DNA of 40,270 nucleotides. Origin: Octopus bimaculoides. Lineage: Eukaryota. Location of the stretch: contig NC_068983.1 of NCBI RefSeq assembly GCF_001194135.2, positions 38,117,858-38,158,127 on the forward strand, given 5' to 3'. This document shows, one piece after another, positions 1 through 13,021 of the stretch. Numbering within the stretch: the stretch's first letter is position 1; every line of letters begins with the position of its first letter. Below the pieces are notes generated by a model. That model searched no databases, was not told where the DNA came from, and was given only the letters and a program-made list of their open reading frames with translations. Both the position numbers and the translations under genes were made by a program.

Positions 1-18
1 TATATATATATATATATA

Positions 19-172
19 TGACAGGCTTCTTTCAGTTTCCATCTGCCAAATCCAGTCACAAGGCTTTGGTTGGCTTGAGGCTATAATAGAAGACACTTGC
101 CCAAGGTGCCACACAGTGGGACTGAACCCAGAACCATGTGGTTGGTAAGCTAGCTACTTACCACACAGTCAC
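19..172 (-). mobile_element. SINE-A 5' half
   Basis: Reverse complement of the 11188-11340 head region. Confidence 0.8.
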
Positions 173-399
173 ACCTTATGAATATACGTTTATATGTTTA
201 TGGGTGTGTGTTTGTGTTTCCTTGAGTGCACGTTACATGACAGCACCAATGTTCTGCCTAAAAGCACAATTATTCTGTATAAATATGCCTGGCTATGTGA
301 CACACCTTGCTTGAAAACAGGTGAAGGTTGGTTGTGAAAAGACACCTGACTGTAGAAAATCTACCTCAATGAATTTCATTTGGCTCATGAAAGCATGGA

Positions 400-805
400 A
401 ATGTATACGTATTTGGAAGAACTTGGAGGGTTTAGCTTCGAATTTTGGAATTGACAGCTTTATCAATCCTCGAACTAGACAGCACTGCATCATACAAAAG
501 ATCCCGTCTTCCCGATCTAAAATAAGGACACAGTACTGCAATTGTCTGGGTTTCAAGGGCCTGTTATTGTTCAACACCCTTCCAGACAACCTCATAGATC
601 TACATGGTGTTGATGTGGAAGTTTTCAAGGAACGTCTGGACAGGTTTCTGTCTGAGATACCAGATGAACCCACATCGTGGTAGTAGACGTGAAGAGAAGC
701 AGCTCGGTCCAACTCGATACTTCACCAAAAACAATACCGGAAGCAAAACCAAGTAACCACAGGTGGTGCACCAGCATGACCTCAGCCCTGGGCTGAAACC
801 AGTAA
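400..805 (+). mobile_element. CR1/L2-group LINE 3' fragment (C-terminal end of ORF2)
   Basis: IWKNLEGLASNFGI...FKERLDRFLSEIPDEPTSW* followed by RAARSNSI, a typical C-terminal tail of invertebrate CR1-like RT ORFs. It contains a stop and ends at a microsatellite. Confidence 0.7.
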
Positions 806-1407
806 ATGATATATATATATATATATATATATATAATAGCCATATACCGAATAAACTAGAAAGAAAGAAAAAGATAGATAGATAGATAGATCACTACGAA
901 ACTAAATACTATATCTCAAAAAGCAATTAATAAAAGAACAGAATGTTTTGTTAAGTGATATTTTATTGCCCTCTCTCTTGTTGCTGGGTTTATTTCAAAA
1001 TCCAGGGGAGTGTTTTGTAGTCTCAATAACTTTTGTTGCTATAATGGGTAAAAAAAAAAAAAATATTTTTAAACTGACTGTTCTTTCACTAAAGGTGGTC
1101 AAATGTGGTTTTTTTAGTTATATTAGTGGTGGTTGTAGTGGTTATATTATTCTGTTATATTTATTCTGTAATGTTTAACACTGGAATAAAAGCAATTAAC
1201 TTTTTTATGCACATGCTGCCGTTAATGTTTTTTTTTATTAAACTGTTGACTGTTTAACTATAGAATAAAACTGAAGACTCAATTCATCATATATGCAACA
1301 TTTACTTTTGAGGTTAACACATTGCAGATATTGTTGTGTCTTGGAAGGATCATTTTGTCAATAATTATAACAAATGTGTTGGTTCCAATATCACTTCATT
1401 ATTCTTT

Positions 1408-1659
1408 GTCAAATGGTTAAATATCTAACTGACTAACTAATTGATCATTTGTTTAATGTGCTGGTTAAACAATCAATCAGTTGTTAGTCAAAGTCCTTTT
1501 GTTGCTATTCATGATCTTGAAGAGAGAGAGGGGGCAAGTCATTGAAGAGGCTGCGAATAGCAACAAAATGACTTTGACACAAATGACTGATTGATTGTTT
1601 ATGTAGCAAATTAAACAAATGATCAGTCAGTCAGTTGGTTAGATATTTAACCAGTTGAC
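1408..1659. repeat. Foldback/MITE-like inverted repeat (about 100-bp arms, 44-bp spacer)
   Basis: 1414-1510 (tggttaaatatctaac...ttttgttgctattc) is the near reverse complement of 1555-1653 (gaatagcaacaaaa...gatatttaacca). Confidence 0.85.
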
Positions 1660-1897
1660 TCATAATAAAGAAGTGATATTAAACCAGTGTGTGTGTGTTT
1701 ATTGTTGTTGGTGTAATGACCTTCCCAAGACACAAAATTTGTCTCAACATACAAATTCACACCAAGAATCTTGCAAACCAAATACAAAATATAAAAACAG
1801 CAAAACTCAAAAGATGAACAAGTTTAGCAGAAATGTTAGCACATTGGACAAGATTAGATTCGTAGCAATAGTTCTTCTGACTTTTTATGTTCTGAGT

Positions 1898-2188
1898 TTA
1901 ACCCATAAAATGCGATAGGCCACCTCAGTGGCCAACGCAACAGTGCGACAGACCACGTGCGTAGCCACGGAAGTAGGGCATGATCTGACCTAATTTTGAT
2001 GACGTATAATGTATGCACACGATACCCTTTCACCTCAGAAACAGTGTAGCTAATCACAGAAGGTGTTAAGAAACACTGAGTATTTTTTTCGAGTGATAGA
2101 TCGATGTTGATTGGCGGAATAACTTTACCCAAAATAGGCTCAGCAGTTCGTGTTACATACAGCAAAATCCCAGCAGTTTATGGGTTAA
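1898..2188. mobile_element. piggyBac-type MITE with TTAA TSD, inserted into a SINE
   Basis: TTAA at 1898-1901 and 2185-2188; TIR CCCATAAA(A/C)TGC. Removing it rejoins gttctgagt-ttaa-atcccacagag, the SINE-D sequence seen intact at about 36300. Confidence 0.85.
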
Positions 2189-2784
2189 ATCCCACAGAGA
2201 TGAATTTTAGAGTTGATAAAATAAAGTACAAATTAAGTGCTACAGTTAATGTAATTGATTTGTTCCCTTTTCTTAAAATTGCTGGTCTTGGACCCTGCAA
2301 TGAAGTAGTGTCCAATCATCATCATCACAATTATCGTTTAACGTCCACTTTCCATGCTGGCATGTGTTGGACGGTTTGACTGAGGACTGGCAAGCCAGGA
2401 GGCTGCACCAGGCTCCAGTCTGATCTGGCAAGGTGTCTACAGCTGGATGCCCTTCATAGCACCAACCACTCCAAGAGTGTATTGGGTGCTTTTTATGTGC
2501 CACCAGCATGGGGGCCAGTCAGGCGGCACTGACATCAACTATGCTCAAATAATGCTTTTTACATGTCACTGGCACAGGTGCCAGTCTGGCAGTACTGGCT
2601 TCGGACATGACAATGATTTCACTTGACTCAGCAAGTCTTCTCAAGCACAGCATATTGCCCAATGATTGAAGGAGACTTTTAAACGGGCTGGTCATGTGAC
2701 ACTGGCATTGGCCACGGCTATGATCTCATTTGGCTGAGGGAATATTGTGATTGCCATCACTTATGTCATGGAACTCTGGTAACT

Positions 2785-3070
2785 GGCGGTAGCATAATGA
2801 AAACAGCCGAAATGTTTGGTGTATCAAGAAGTACTGTCTCGAAAGTAATGACAGCCTTTGAGAAAGAGGGAAAAAACCTCCTCGTTGAAACAAAACTCCG
2901 GAAGAAAACCAAAGCTTTCAGATACGAACCGTCGGACTCTTACGCGATTTGTTAGAAAGGATCACAAAAGTAAAGCTCCCAAAATTACTGCAGAGCACAA
3001 TGACCATCTTGAGAATCCAGTTTCCACAAAAGCTGTTCGCCGGGAGCTGCACAAAGCCAGATTTCACGGG
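2785..3070 (+). mobile_element. Tc1/mariner transposase N-terminal paired-HTH fragment, frameshifted
   Basis: GSIMKTAEMFGVSRSTVSKVMTAFEKEGK, a frameshift in an A-run, then TSSLKQNSGRKPKLSDTNRRTLTRFVRKDHK...PVSTKAVRRELHKARFHG. GRKP is the AT-hook-like linker. No DDE domain or TIRs seen. Confidence 0.85.
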
Positions 3071-3886
3071 CTGGTTGCAATCATGTGAGTCCTAGGACCG
3101 GAAAAACAACAACAGCAATAACAGCAAAACTATTTAAGACTAAGTTTGTACAAATGTGAATACAATTCAAATTGATATAAAGAAGTGCAAACTAGTTATA
3201 AAGACAAGTTACACTTGACTTTATATTTCAATGTTAATGAAGATGGCCTCATTATGAAACTGAAGGCAATGAAGAGATTTTGGACAAAGAATTAAATCCA
3301 GTGGTTGGTTGTTTGTGACAGGGGGTTTTGGTTATTGCATAAGAAGATGGCATTTTTTATCTTTATTTAATTTATTTACCATTTCACAGTTCTTCATTTC
3401 TGATCTTACCCACAATGTTCTGCATAGTGGTTGTGGTGGTGGGGTAAGAATGATAATGGTGGTGGCCATAGGGAGTGTTTGAGGACAATGATGACATGGT
3501 GGTGAAGATGATGGTGGTGGTGGTGGTGGACTAAGCTACTACTGTCACCGTACCACCATTGCTGCCACCACCACCACCACCACCACCACCACCACCATCA
3601 TCATTGTCACCTCCATCTCCATCAACACCTGAAAACATGATATTGTTTTTGCTGTCTTCAATGAGATTGTTCAAGCAAACAAACAAAATAAACAAATACA
3701 TAAATATACAGAAAGTGTGTGTGTGTTGGGGGAGGGGTGTAAGTGTGGATGGGGGCAGATGAACGAAATGAGAAGGGGAGAAAGCTTTGGTATTTGTGGT
3801 TGTCCTGTTTATGTAACTATCTGACTGATCAACCTTATTTCTGATTTTGTTTACTCAGCTTTCCACTGGGATCTTTCCATGATTTA

Positions 3887-4172
3887 ATGGTGGTGGTGGT
3901 GGTAGTAGTGGTGGTGGTGGTGGTGGTGATGGTGGTGGTGATGATGATGGAAATGTTGATGGTGATGGTAGTAGTGGTCTGGGTGTTGATGGTAATGATG
4001 ATGATGGTGATGATGATAATGGTAGTGGTGATGGTGGTGGTGGTGTTGTTGTTGGTGGTGTTGGTGATGATGATGATGATGGAAATATTGATGGTGATGG
4101 TAGTAGTGGTGTGGGTGTTGATGGTAATGATGGTGATGATGATGATGGTAGTGGTGATAGTGGTGGTGGTTG
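3887..4172. repeat. (GGT/GAT)n compound trinucleotide repeat with an internal ~130-bp duplication
   Basis: gatggaaat(g/a)ttgatggtgatggtagtagtggt occurs near 3946 and 4078. Confidence 0.9.
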
Positions 4173-4503
4173 TCTTTTTTTTTGTGCCTTTCCTAAAACA
4201 TTTGTCATATTGGCTCTTGTAAATACATTTGTAAGATCTTGTTATTTCTGGGCGGGTGTTTGATTTCTCCATGTGTGTGTGTGTGTGTGGTTAGGGTCAG
4301 CAGTCAAGCAGTCAAGGGGTGGTGGCATCTAGATCAAGTTACCAGCCCCAGTTATTGCATAGGGCTCAAATTAAAACTGCTCACGACAACACCTGTCTGT
4401 CACTTTATCAGGACAAAATCTCCATAAATTTGTTTGGCAAATCAGAAAGAAAAAGATTTTTAAAAAGTAAACTATTCAGATTAATTTTGTTGTTCAACAG
4501 TCA

Positions 4504-4632
4504 TGGCTACGTGGTAAGAAGTTTGCTTCCCAACGACAGTGGAACCTTAGGCAAAGGTCTTCTACTATAATCCCAGGCCTATCAAAGCCTTGTGAGTGGA
4601 TTTGGGTGATGGAAACTGAAAGAAGCCCTTGT
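4504..4632 (+). mobile_element. SINE-A 5' half with internal deletion
   Basis: gtggtaagaagtttgcttccc...gtgagtggatttgg...gaaactgaaagaagccc. Confidence 0.75.
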
Positions 4633-4638
4633 ATATAA

Positions 4639-4701
<63 letters not shown>

Positions 4702-4943
4702 TGTGTGTGTATAAGTATATATGTATGTATATATAAGTATATCATCATCATCATCATCGTTTAACGACCGCTTACCATGCTAAAAACATTGCCAGATCAA
4801 ATTGGAGCCTGGTGCAGCCGCTGGATCTCCAGACCTCAGTCAAACCGTCCAACCCATGCCAGTATGGAAAACGGATGTTAATCGATGATGATGATGATAA
4901 AAATAAATGAGTAACAGATGTTACACATTTATATTTTACTTAC

Positions 4944-5165
4944 CTATCCTGGAATCTGCACTTTGGATGTATTTGGAAAGTATCTTTATATAAAGTATAT
5001 GTCTGAACAAACAACAGCAGACTTATTCACTAAGTTGGATTATGCCATCTGCATACACTGCATGAATATTGGATGGAAAAATTTCTATGTTGTGTTTGAT
5101 ACTCACCTAATATTGTCTGAGTGTGCAAATAAGTTTGTCCTAACAAGGTGCCTCAATTTAAGTAC
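4944..5165 (-). other. Candidate pair of 59-nt minus-strand exons (5107-5165, 4944-5002) of an unidentified gene
   Basis: Donors AG|GTGAGT (5106) and AG|GTAAGT (4943), acceptor ttgtttgttcag (5003), a 104-nt intron and an open joined frame. No homology recognised. Confidence 0.3.
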
Positions 5166-5336
5166 CTAATTCAGCTGAATCTAAATTACATGAGGAGTAG
5201 ACAGGCAGCCAACAACTGATGAAGGGTCATTCTTTGTATTACTTTTCCTTTTTTTTTCTCTCGTTATTTGTGTATTTAACTCATTTGTTTGCATATTTCA
5301 TGTTGTTTACTGTTGGTGACGTCCTGTACCCATATA

Positions 5337-5391
<55 letters not shown>

Positions 5392-5392
5392 T

Positions 5393-5755
5393 TTGTTTCA
5401 GTCATTTGACTGTGGCCATGCTGGAGCACCACCTTTAGTCGAACAAATCAACCCCAGGATTTAATCTTTTTAAGCCTAGCACTTATTCTATTGGTCACTT
5501 TTGTTGAACTGCTAATTTATGGGGATGTAAACACACCAATGTCAGTAGTCAAGTGACAGTGGGGGTACAAACACAGACACGCACACACATACACATATAT
5601 ATGATGGGCTTCTTTCAGTTTCTATCTACCAAATCCACTCACAAGTTTTTGATTAGCCCGAAGCTATGGCAGAAGACATTTGCTCAAGGTGCTTTGCAGT
5701 GAGACTGAATCGGGAACCATGTGGTTGGTAAGAAAGCTACATACCACACAGGCAC
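5393..5755 (-). mobile_element. SINE-A full copy
   Basis: Colinear reverse complement of 11188-11560. Confidence 0.8.
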
Positions 5756-5762
5756 TCTTGCG

Positions 5763-5805
<43 letters not shown>

Positions 5806-5822
5806 CATTATACACATGTATT

Positions 5823-5861
<39 letters not shown>

Positions 5862-6227
5862 TGCATTAATTCTTACAAAATCAAACAGAACTAAATACTT
5901 ATAATAATGGATGAACAGTAATCCTATTCTTTTGTCTCTTTTACAGATACACCACACGCTTATTGGATACAAACTGAAAACTTTGTTCTTTGAAACTAAA
6001 TCTGTTGCAGTCTACCCTTTACTGTCTTTCCTACCATATGTCTCCAGGGAAACATCTTATATTGCCATTCTCCAAGAGGAAATCCATGTATTTTTATGAT
6101 CCTGTTGCAGTCTACTATGACTTGGCTGCCAAAGCATGTAGATGTTACAGTTTTGTATGGTATGTATACCGACATTCTAATTCACTTTTATTATACAGAA
6201 AATAGAGGAAGTCAAGGGTCACTTAGC

Positions 6228-6457
6228 TTAACCCTTTCGTTACCAACCTGACTGAAACTGGCTCTGGCTCTGTAGTACAAATGTCTTGTTTTCATAAGTT
6301 TTGAATTAAAATCTTCCACCAGACCTTAGTTACAATTTATGTTCCTAACACTAGCTTAATGATAACTAAGTTATTTTACTAAATTCTTTGTTATATTTAA
6401 AATTAATTGAAAGAAACATAGAGCATCTCAAAATAAATACAATAATGAAAAGTTTAA
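6228..6457. mobile_element. piggyBac-type MITE (degenerate right TIR)
   Basis: ttaaCCCTTTCGTTACC at the left end and aataatgaaaagtttaa (reverse complement ttaaacttttcattatt) at the right end; TTAA at both ends. Confidence 0.65.
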
Positions 6458-7049
6458 AGTTGCTAACCTTTACTTGTTTTTCAAGTAAAGGAATTTCTTA
6501 TTCTATTCTATGCAGAGCTAAAAGACAATTTGGTGACAGGCAATGATAAAAAAATGCACCACTGTTTTTCATTCATTTCTATTTTTCATTTACTAAATGC
6601 AACAGGTGTATGCACTCGCACACATGCACCATAGGTTTTCATTTAGTTTCTGTCTACCAATTCCACTCACATTGTATTGATTAATTTGAAGCTATTGCAA
6701 AAAACATTTGCCCAAGGTGCCAAGCATCTGATAATAAAGATGAAGTAAATTCATTCTTTGCTATCTTCATTGGATTTGGCACACTGTCGGTTCCAGCTGA
6801 TCCGATCAACAGAACAGCCTGCTCATGAAACTAGGAGCCTTAACAGAATTGTCAGGGAGATTTAATGTGACACAGAATGTGACAAGGCTGGCCCTTTTGA
6901 AATACAGGTATCATTTGTTTTTGCCAGCTGAGCGGACTGGAGCAATGTGAAATAAAGTGTCTTGCTCAAGGACACAATGTGCTATCAGGAATTTAACTCA
7001 TGACCTTATGATTGTGAGCTCATTACACTAACCACTAAGTCATGTGCCT

Positions 7050-7084
<35 letters not shown>

Positions 7085-7784
7085 TTTTCACCCATCACTT
7101 CCTCCTCCGTAACCTTGTCTATACCTCCTTCCAGGTTCACCATTGAATGCTTTCAGTTTTGTCCTCATCTCAGCTGTTTGTCTTTTTCCTTTCAGCACTT
7201 TCATGAATCTACCCATCCACCCAGCCATACCTAAGGGTATGCCCTGATACCTCATCTCCACTAACCCCCCCCCTCTCTCTCTCCCTCTTTTTCCTGCTAG
7301 GGTAATCATGTATCTCCTCTACGGCAAAACACCTGTTCCCACCTGACTCATATTTTCGCCCCTCTACACTTGATACACACCTACCTCCCTCAACACTACA
7401 CCTCCACTCTGCTGTGAAGGGCATTGACCACATTCGGATGGTGCTTTTTACATGCCACCAGCACGGGGAGCCAGTTACGTGGCACTGGCAACGACCCACG
7501 CATGCATGCTGCTTATTGCATGCTACCAGCACAGGAGCCAGTCAGGCACTGGCATTGGCTACAACTACAATTTCCATTTGATTGTTATTGATTTTGATTC
7601 TTGATTTTTGATTTTACTTGACTCAGGACGGTGTGTCACCTGACGATTCAAAGGTACTTCTTAAGGCTGGTTATGTGACACTGGTGTAGGCTACGGCTGT
7701 GATGTCACTTTACTTGCTGGGTCTTCTCAATCACAGCATATCTCCAGAGGTTTCGGTCTTTCGTCATTGCCTCTGTGAGGCCCA

Positions 7785-7974
7785 TTAAACCTTTAGCATT
7801 TAAACTGGCCGTATCCGGCGCAAATATTCTGTCTGTTTATGTTCAAACTGACTGGATCTGGCTTCTCACTCATACCCCACAATGTCATTCTAAAAATAAA
7901 CAATGATTAATTCAAAACAAGATGAATGAATAAACATTACATTTAACAGGGTAATTTGGATGTTACAAGGTTAA
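7785..7974. mobile_element. piggyBac-type MITE (degenerate TIRs)
   Basis: ttaaacctttagcatt ... gatgttacaaggttaa; TTAA at both ends with CCTT/AAGG terminal symmetry. Confidence 0.6.
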
Positions 7975-7977
7975 AAT

Positions 7978-8985
7978 CAGATTCTCAGCTGGGTTTTGTA
8001 TGACACCTGGGGTCCAATATAAGATTTTTGGGGTCCATGCAAGCCAAAGAATAAATTGGATCCACAGTAATATTTTAAGGGTCCATGAAAAAATTTTGCT
8101 TTCAATGTATCGAAATCGAACNNNNNNNNNNNNNNNNNNNNNNNNNNNNNNNNNNNNNNNNNNNNNNNNNNNNNNNNNNNNNNNNNNNNNNNNNNNNNNN
8201 NNNNNNNNNNNNNNNNNNNNNNNNNNNNNNNNNNNNNNNNNNNNNNNNNNNNNNNNNNNNNNNNNNNNNNNNNNNNNNNNNNNNNNNNNNNNNNNNNNNN
8301 NNNNNNNNNNNNNNNNNNNNNNNNNNNNNNNNNNNNNNNNNNNNNNNNNNNNNNNNNNNNNNNNNNNNNNNNNNNNNNNNNNNNNNNNNNNNNNNNNNNN
8401 NNNNNNNNNNNNNNNNNNNNNNNNNNNNNNNNNNNNNNNNNNNNNNNNNNNNNNNGTGCCGGTGGCATGTGAAAAGTCATTTGTGTGAGATCGTTGCCAG
8501 TGCTGCTGGACTGGCTCTTGTGCAGGTGGCATGTAAAATACACCATTTTGAGCGTGGCCGTTGCCAGTACCGCCTGACTGGCCTTCGTGTGGGTGGCACG
8601 TAAAAAGCACCCACTACACTCTCAGAGTGGTTGGCGTTAGGAAGGGCATCCAGCTGTAGAAACACTGCCAAATCAGATTGGAGCCTGGTGTAGCCATCTG
8701 GTTCGCCAGTCCTCAGTCAAATCGTCCAACCCATGCTAGCATGGAAAGCGGACGTTAAACGATGATGATGATGATGATGTATCAATTGCAAGATACAGCT
8801 GGGATTCTTTTTCCCTAATGTTTTATTTAGTTCCACCTATATAAGCTATGAAAAACAAAATAGGGATTTTGAAAGAATTATCTATGAAATTCGTTTTTCA
8901 ATATCAAATGGCTTGGTGTGGGGTTGCTTTAATAAAATAGGAATCAAAGGGGTCCATAGATAAAAAAAATGGTTGAGAACCACTG
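7978..8985. mobile_element. Probable hAT (Charlie-like) non-autonomous element, interrupted by a gap and an RTE-tailed repeat
   Basis: Right end GGTTGAGAACCACTG is the reverse complement of CAGTGGTTCTCAACC, a typical hAT TIR. The left end (cagattctcagc) is degenerate. GGGTCCA motifs recur internally. No 8-bp TSD confirmed. Confidence 0.45.
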
Positions 8986-9799
8986 GTTCAAATAATGATG
9001 ATAATGATGATAATGTTGTGTTATTGACATGAAAAAGTGACTAAAGATGGATCAAATATAGTTGTGTTGAGGAGACCACCACGTTTCTTGAAGTCAGCCT
9101 TACTGCTCAGTTGGTACCCCATGGTAGTTCCTCCTTCGTTACAGCAACTAATTTAGGTATTTGTTTGTTTATTCATTTATCTAATCAGACAGACAACAAG
9201 GAGTGTAACTGAAGTGACAGTGCCTTGAATATCTGCATCTCCTTTTGATATACTCATCCCTGCTTCTCCCTTACCCTTGTCTCCTGATAACCTACAGAAA
9301 TAGGATAGGCCTTGTTTTGATGCTGCACCCACAGCCTGGATTCTAGCATCTAAAGTGACCTTAAAACATGGGCTAAACCAGCTAACTGACCTCAACATTT
9401 CATTAAATTAAAGAGACATTTGTAACATTTTTCTTTTCTTAAATGTTGTCTAGTGCTTTAGATCATGTTTAGTCATGGCCATGCTGGATCACTGCCTTTA
9501 ATAGTTTTATATATTTTTATTTTATTTTATTTCTTCCTTGTTGTTTTTCCTTTATGACAATTTGGTTTTAAACTTTTTACAAATGAGTGAAATTTGAAAC
9601 GTAACCAAAAATAGTTCTTATCTCCTGTTTGGTTCATTTTTTTTTTTTTCTGTTTTTACACATTCTTTGAAAATGTGAAGGTTTCTCTTCCAAAATATTC
9701 AGTATTTCTTGTTCTAAAAGGAGTCTAACTTGACACTTTTACTTTGATTTGTAGTCACAGACTGCTACAGCAATGTCCTTAAGTCGTTATTATCATTAA

Positions 9800-10103
9800 G
9801 TCGTCATCACCTCCACCACCACCATATTCATCACCATCACCATCACCACCACCATCATCATTGTTATCATCACCAACTCCACCACCATCATCATTGTCAT
9901 ATCACCACCACCACCATATTCACCACCACCACCAACATCATCATTGTCGTCGTCGTCACCACCACCATCATCACTGTCATCATCACCACCACCATTACCA
10001 TCATTGTCATCATCACCACCACCACTACCATCATCATCATTGTCACCACCATCACCATCATCATCATCATCACAGCCATTATCATCACTATGATTATCAT
10101 CAT
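9800..10103. repeat. (CAC/CAT)n compound trinucleotide repeat
   Basis: Directly visible. Confidence 0.95.
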
Positions 10104-10857
10104 TAATAGTTTCAAATTTTGGCACAAGGCCAGTATTTTTGGAGGAGAGTGTAGGTGATTGATTAAATATACCACCCAGGTGAGCTGCAACTGGATTAGA
10201 ACTCAGGACACAGAAAACGAATATAAATACTGTAAGAACTTTCCTCCGATACTGACAAAGCTGTCCACTGCTGTATATTGGTTCTGAAGGTACAAGCCCC
10301 TAAGAGAATGGAAAACAAATTGGACTGTGTCAAGGTTTGGACTCTTGACATAGGATATCAGAGTAAAATCCCATGGTACCCTCATAACTGAGAATTACGC
10401 CATTTAGGAGACAGAGTTATTTGTATTTTTAAGAGGGTGGAGAGAGATATAAAGGAGATTTGACTGTTATTTCCAACAGGATGTGTGATCATATAAAGGC
10501 CTCCTTGTTGGCCCAGGTGACCCTTGCTTTGGTGCACAAATTAGAATTCCAGTTATAGGTACTTCATTTATCTAATGTCAGAAATCTAGCACCCTGAAAC
10601 CACTTGACTGCCAGTATGTCTCACTCCCTCTCAGGCATCACACTACATTCAGCTACCCACCACATATTTCTCTCTCTATCTCTCTCCCATTTCGTCTGTT
10701 TTCCTCTCTCTCTCTCTCTCTCTCTTCCTCTAAGCCACTACTCCATGCTTCTCTCAGATACTCATGACACCCCTCAATCACCATATTGTTTGCCCTCTCT
10801 ATTTCTCCATCCTTCTTTCAGCCACCTACTATATATTTGCCTGTCTGCCCCAGCTCT

Positions 10858-10878
10858 CTTTCTCTCTGTGTCTCTCTG

Positions 10879-10923
<45 letters not shown>

Positions 10924-11057
10924 GTCTCTCTCTCTCTCTGTCTCTCTCTCTCTGTCTATCTGTCTCTCTCTGTCTCTGTGTCTCTCTCTCTTTGTGTGTC
11001 TCTCTCTCTCTCTGTGTCTCTCTGTGTGTGTCTCTCTCTCTCTCTATCTCTCTCTCC

Positions 11058-11092
<35 letters not shown>
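10858..11092. repeat. (CT)n/(CTGT) microsatellite
   Basis: Directly visible. Confidence 0.95.
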
Positions 11093-11093
<1 letters not shown>

Positions 11094-11187
11094 GCCACCA
11101 TCCTGCACAAAATATACGTCTCACCCATTTCAATGCTCTTCTCTTATCCATGATACCATACACGTACTTACACACATACACATAGAA

Positions 11188-11560
11188 GTGGCTGTGTGGT
11201 CAGTAGCTTGCTTACCAACCACATAATTCTGGGTTCAGTCCCACTGTGTGACACCTTGGGCAAGTGTCTTCTACTATAGCCTCAGGCCAACCAAAGCCTT
11301 GTGAGTGGATTTGGTAGACGGAAACTGAAAGAAGTCCGTCGTATATATGGATATGTATACGTTTGTGTGTCTGTATTGGTTCCTACCACCATCACTTGAT
11401 AACCGATGTTGGCTTGTTTACATCCCCGTAACTGAGCAGTTGAGCAAAAGAAAACTGATAGAATAAGTACTAGGCTTATAAAGAATAAGTCCTGGGGTTG
11501 ATTTGTTCAACTAAAGGCGGTGCTCCAGCATGGCCGCAGCCAAATGACTGAAACAAATAA
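11188..11560 (+). mobile_element. SINE family A (tRNA-derived head, CORE-like segment), near full length
   Basis: Head gtggctgtgtggt...gggttcagtccc with A/B-box-like motifs, then caccttgggcaagtgtcttc, an internal TA/TG microsatellite and a body ending gactgaaacaa. Family labels A/B/C/D are mine. Confidence 0.8.
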
Positions 11561-11941
11561 GAGAATAAAAAGATACATACACACATGCATACATGTGCAC
11601 ACACTCACATACCACCTCCCCCATGCTCCACTGCCACTACATGCACATACCCACCCACCCACCTCCACTGCGCACAGAGGCCCACATACCTTCAAGCTAT
11701 CACACATGCACGTATGNNNNNNNNNNNNNNNNNNNNNNNNNNNNNNNNNNNNNNNNNNNNNNNNNNNNNNNNNNNNNNNNNNNNNNNNNNNNNNNNNNNN
11801 NNNNNNNNNNNNNNNNNNNNNNNNNNNNNNNNNNNNNNNNNNNNNNNNNNNNNNNNNNNNNNNNNNNNNNNNNNNNNNNNNNNNNNNNNNNNNNNNNNNN
11901 NNNNNNNNNNNNNNNNNNNNNNNNNNNNNNNNNNNNNNNNN

Positions 11942-12560
11942 TATACATCTTTAAATACCACACATATACATCCCTGTCTCACTAACTGTACTACGCATGC
12001 AGACACACACACACACATACACGGACACAAACACACTCTCACAATCATTCATATATGTACACAGATTCAGATACACACATACATGGACACATGCACACAC
12101 ACACATGCACACACACACACTTGGACACACACACATTCAAATAGACACACTTGGACACACACACACACACACATCTGCACACACGCACACATGCACACAA
12201 GCACACACATACATGCACACAAACACACACATGCACACAAACACAGAAACATACACACATACATGTGCACATGCACACACACACACACATGCACACAAAC
12301 ACACACTCACACGCACAAACACACTTATACATCCCTCCCTCATCTGCTATATATCATACACATGCACACACACACATCCATACACACAAACACATGCACA
12401 CACACACATCCATACACACAAACACATGCACACATCTTTATCTCTCCCCTGCTGTACTTCATAGGCATTCCCCCCCACACACATTCTCACAAACATTCAC
12501 ATACACATATACAAAAGCAGAGATAGATACACACACCCCACTTCGCACATACCTATATCA
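11942..12560. repeat. Degenerate (CA)n-rich low-complexity tract (similar tract at 15060-15630)
   Basis: Directly visible. Confidence 0.9.
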
Positions 12561-12679
12561 TCCCCACCTCACAGCCCTTAGCTCATAATTACCTCACAAC
12601 ACTCTTCTCACATCTATAAATTAACATATGTCTAACTGAAAGGCAAGCAATAGCTGACCCCCACCTCTCTCTCTTTTAT

Positions 12680-13021
12680 TCGTTTATTCTTTTACTTGTT
12701 TCAGTCATATGACTGCAGCCATGCTGGAGCACCACCTTTAATCGAACAAATCGACCCCAGGACGTATTCTTTGTAAGCCTAGTACTTATTCTGTCGGTCT
12801 CTTTTTCCGAACCACTAAGTTACGGGGACTTAAACACACCAGCATTGATTGTCAAGCAATGTTGGTGGAGACAAACACAGACACACAAACATATACATGT
12901 ATACTCACAAGGCTTTGGTCAGCCTGAGGCTGTAGTAGAAGACACTTGTCCAAGGTGCCACACAGTGGGACTGAACCCAGAACCATGTGGTTGGTCAGTA
13001 AGCTACTTACCACACAGCCAC
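12680..13021 (-). mobile_element. SINE-A full copy
   Basis: Colinear reverse complement of 11188-11560. Confidence 0.8.

Noticed and set aside
3241-3320. RWPHYETEGNEEILDK, similar to the UGCG terminus EEILDV
   Set aside because: No good acceptor, stops immediately upstream, and no further similarity.
4918-5169. Plus-strand ORF containing FTKLDYA, similar to UGCG C-terminal FSKLDYA
   Set aside because: The similarity is limited to 7 residues, with no flanking alignment or plausible plus-strand splice sites; probably chance.
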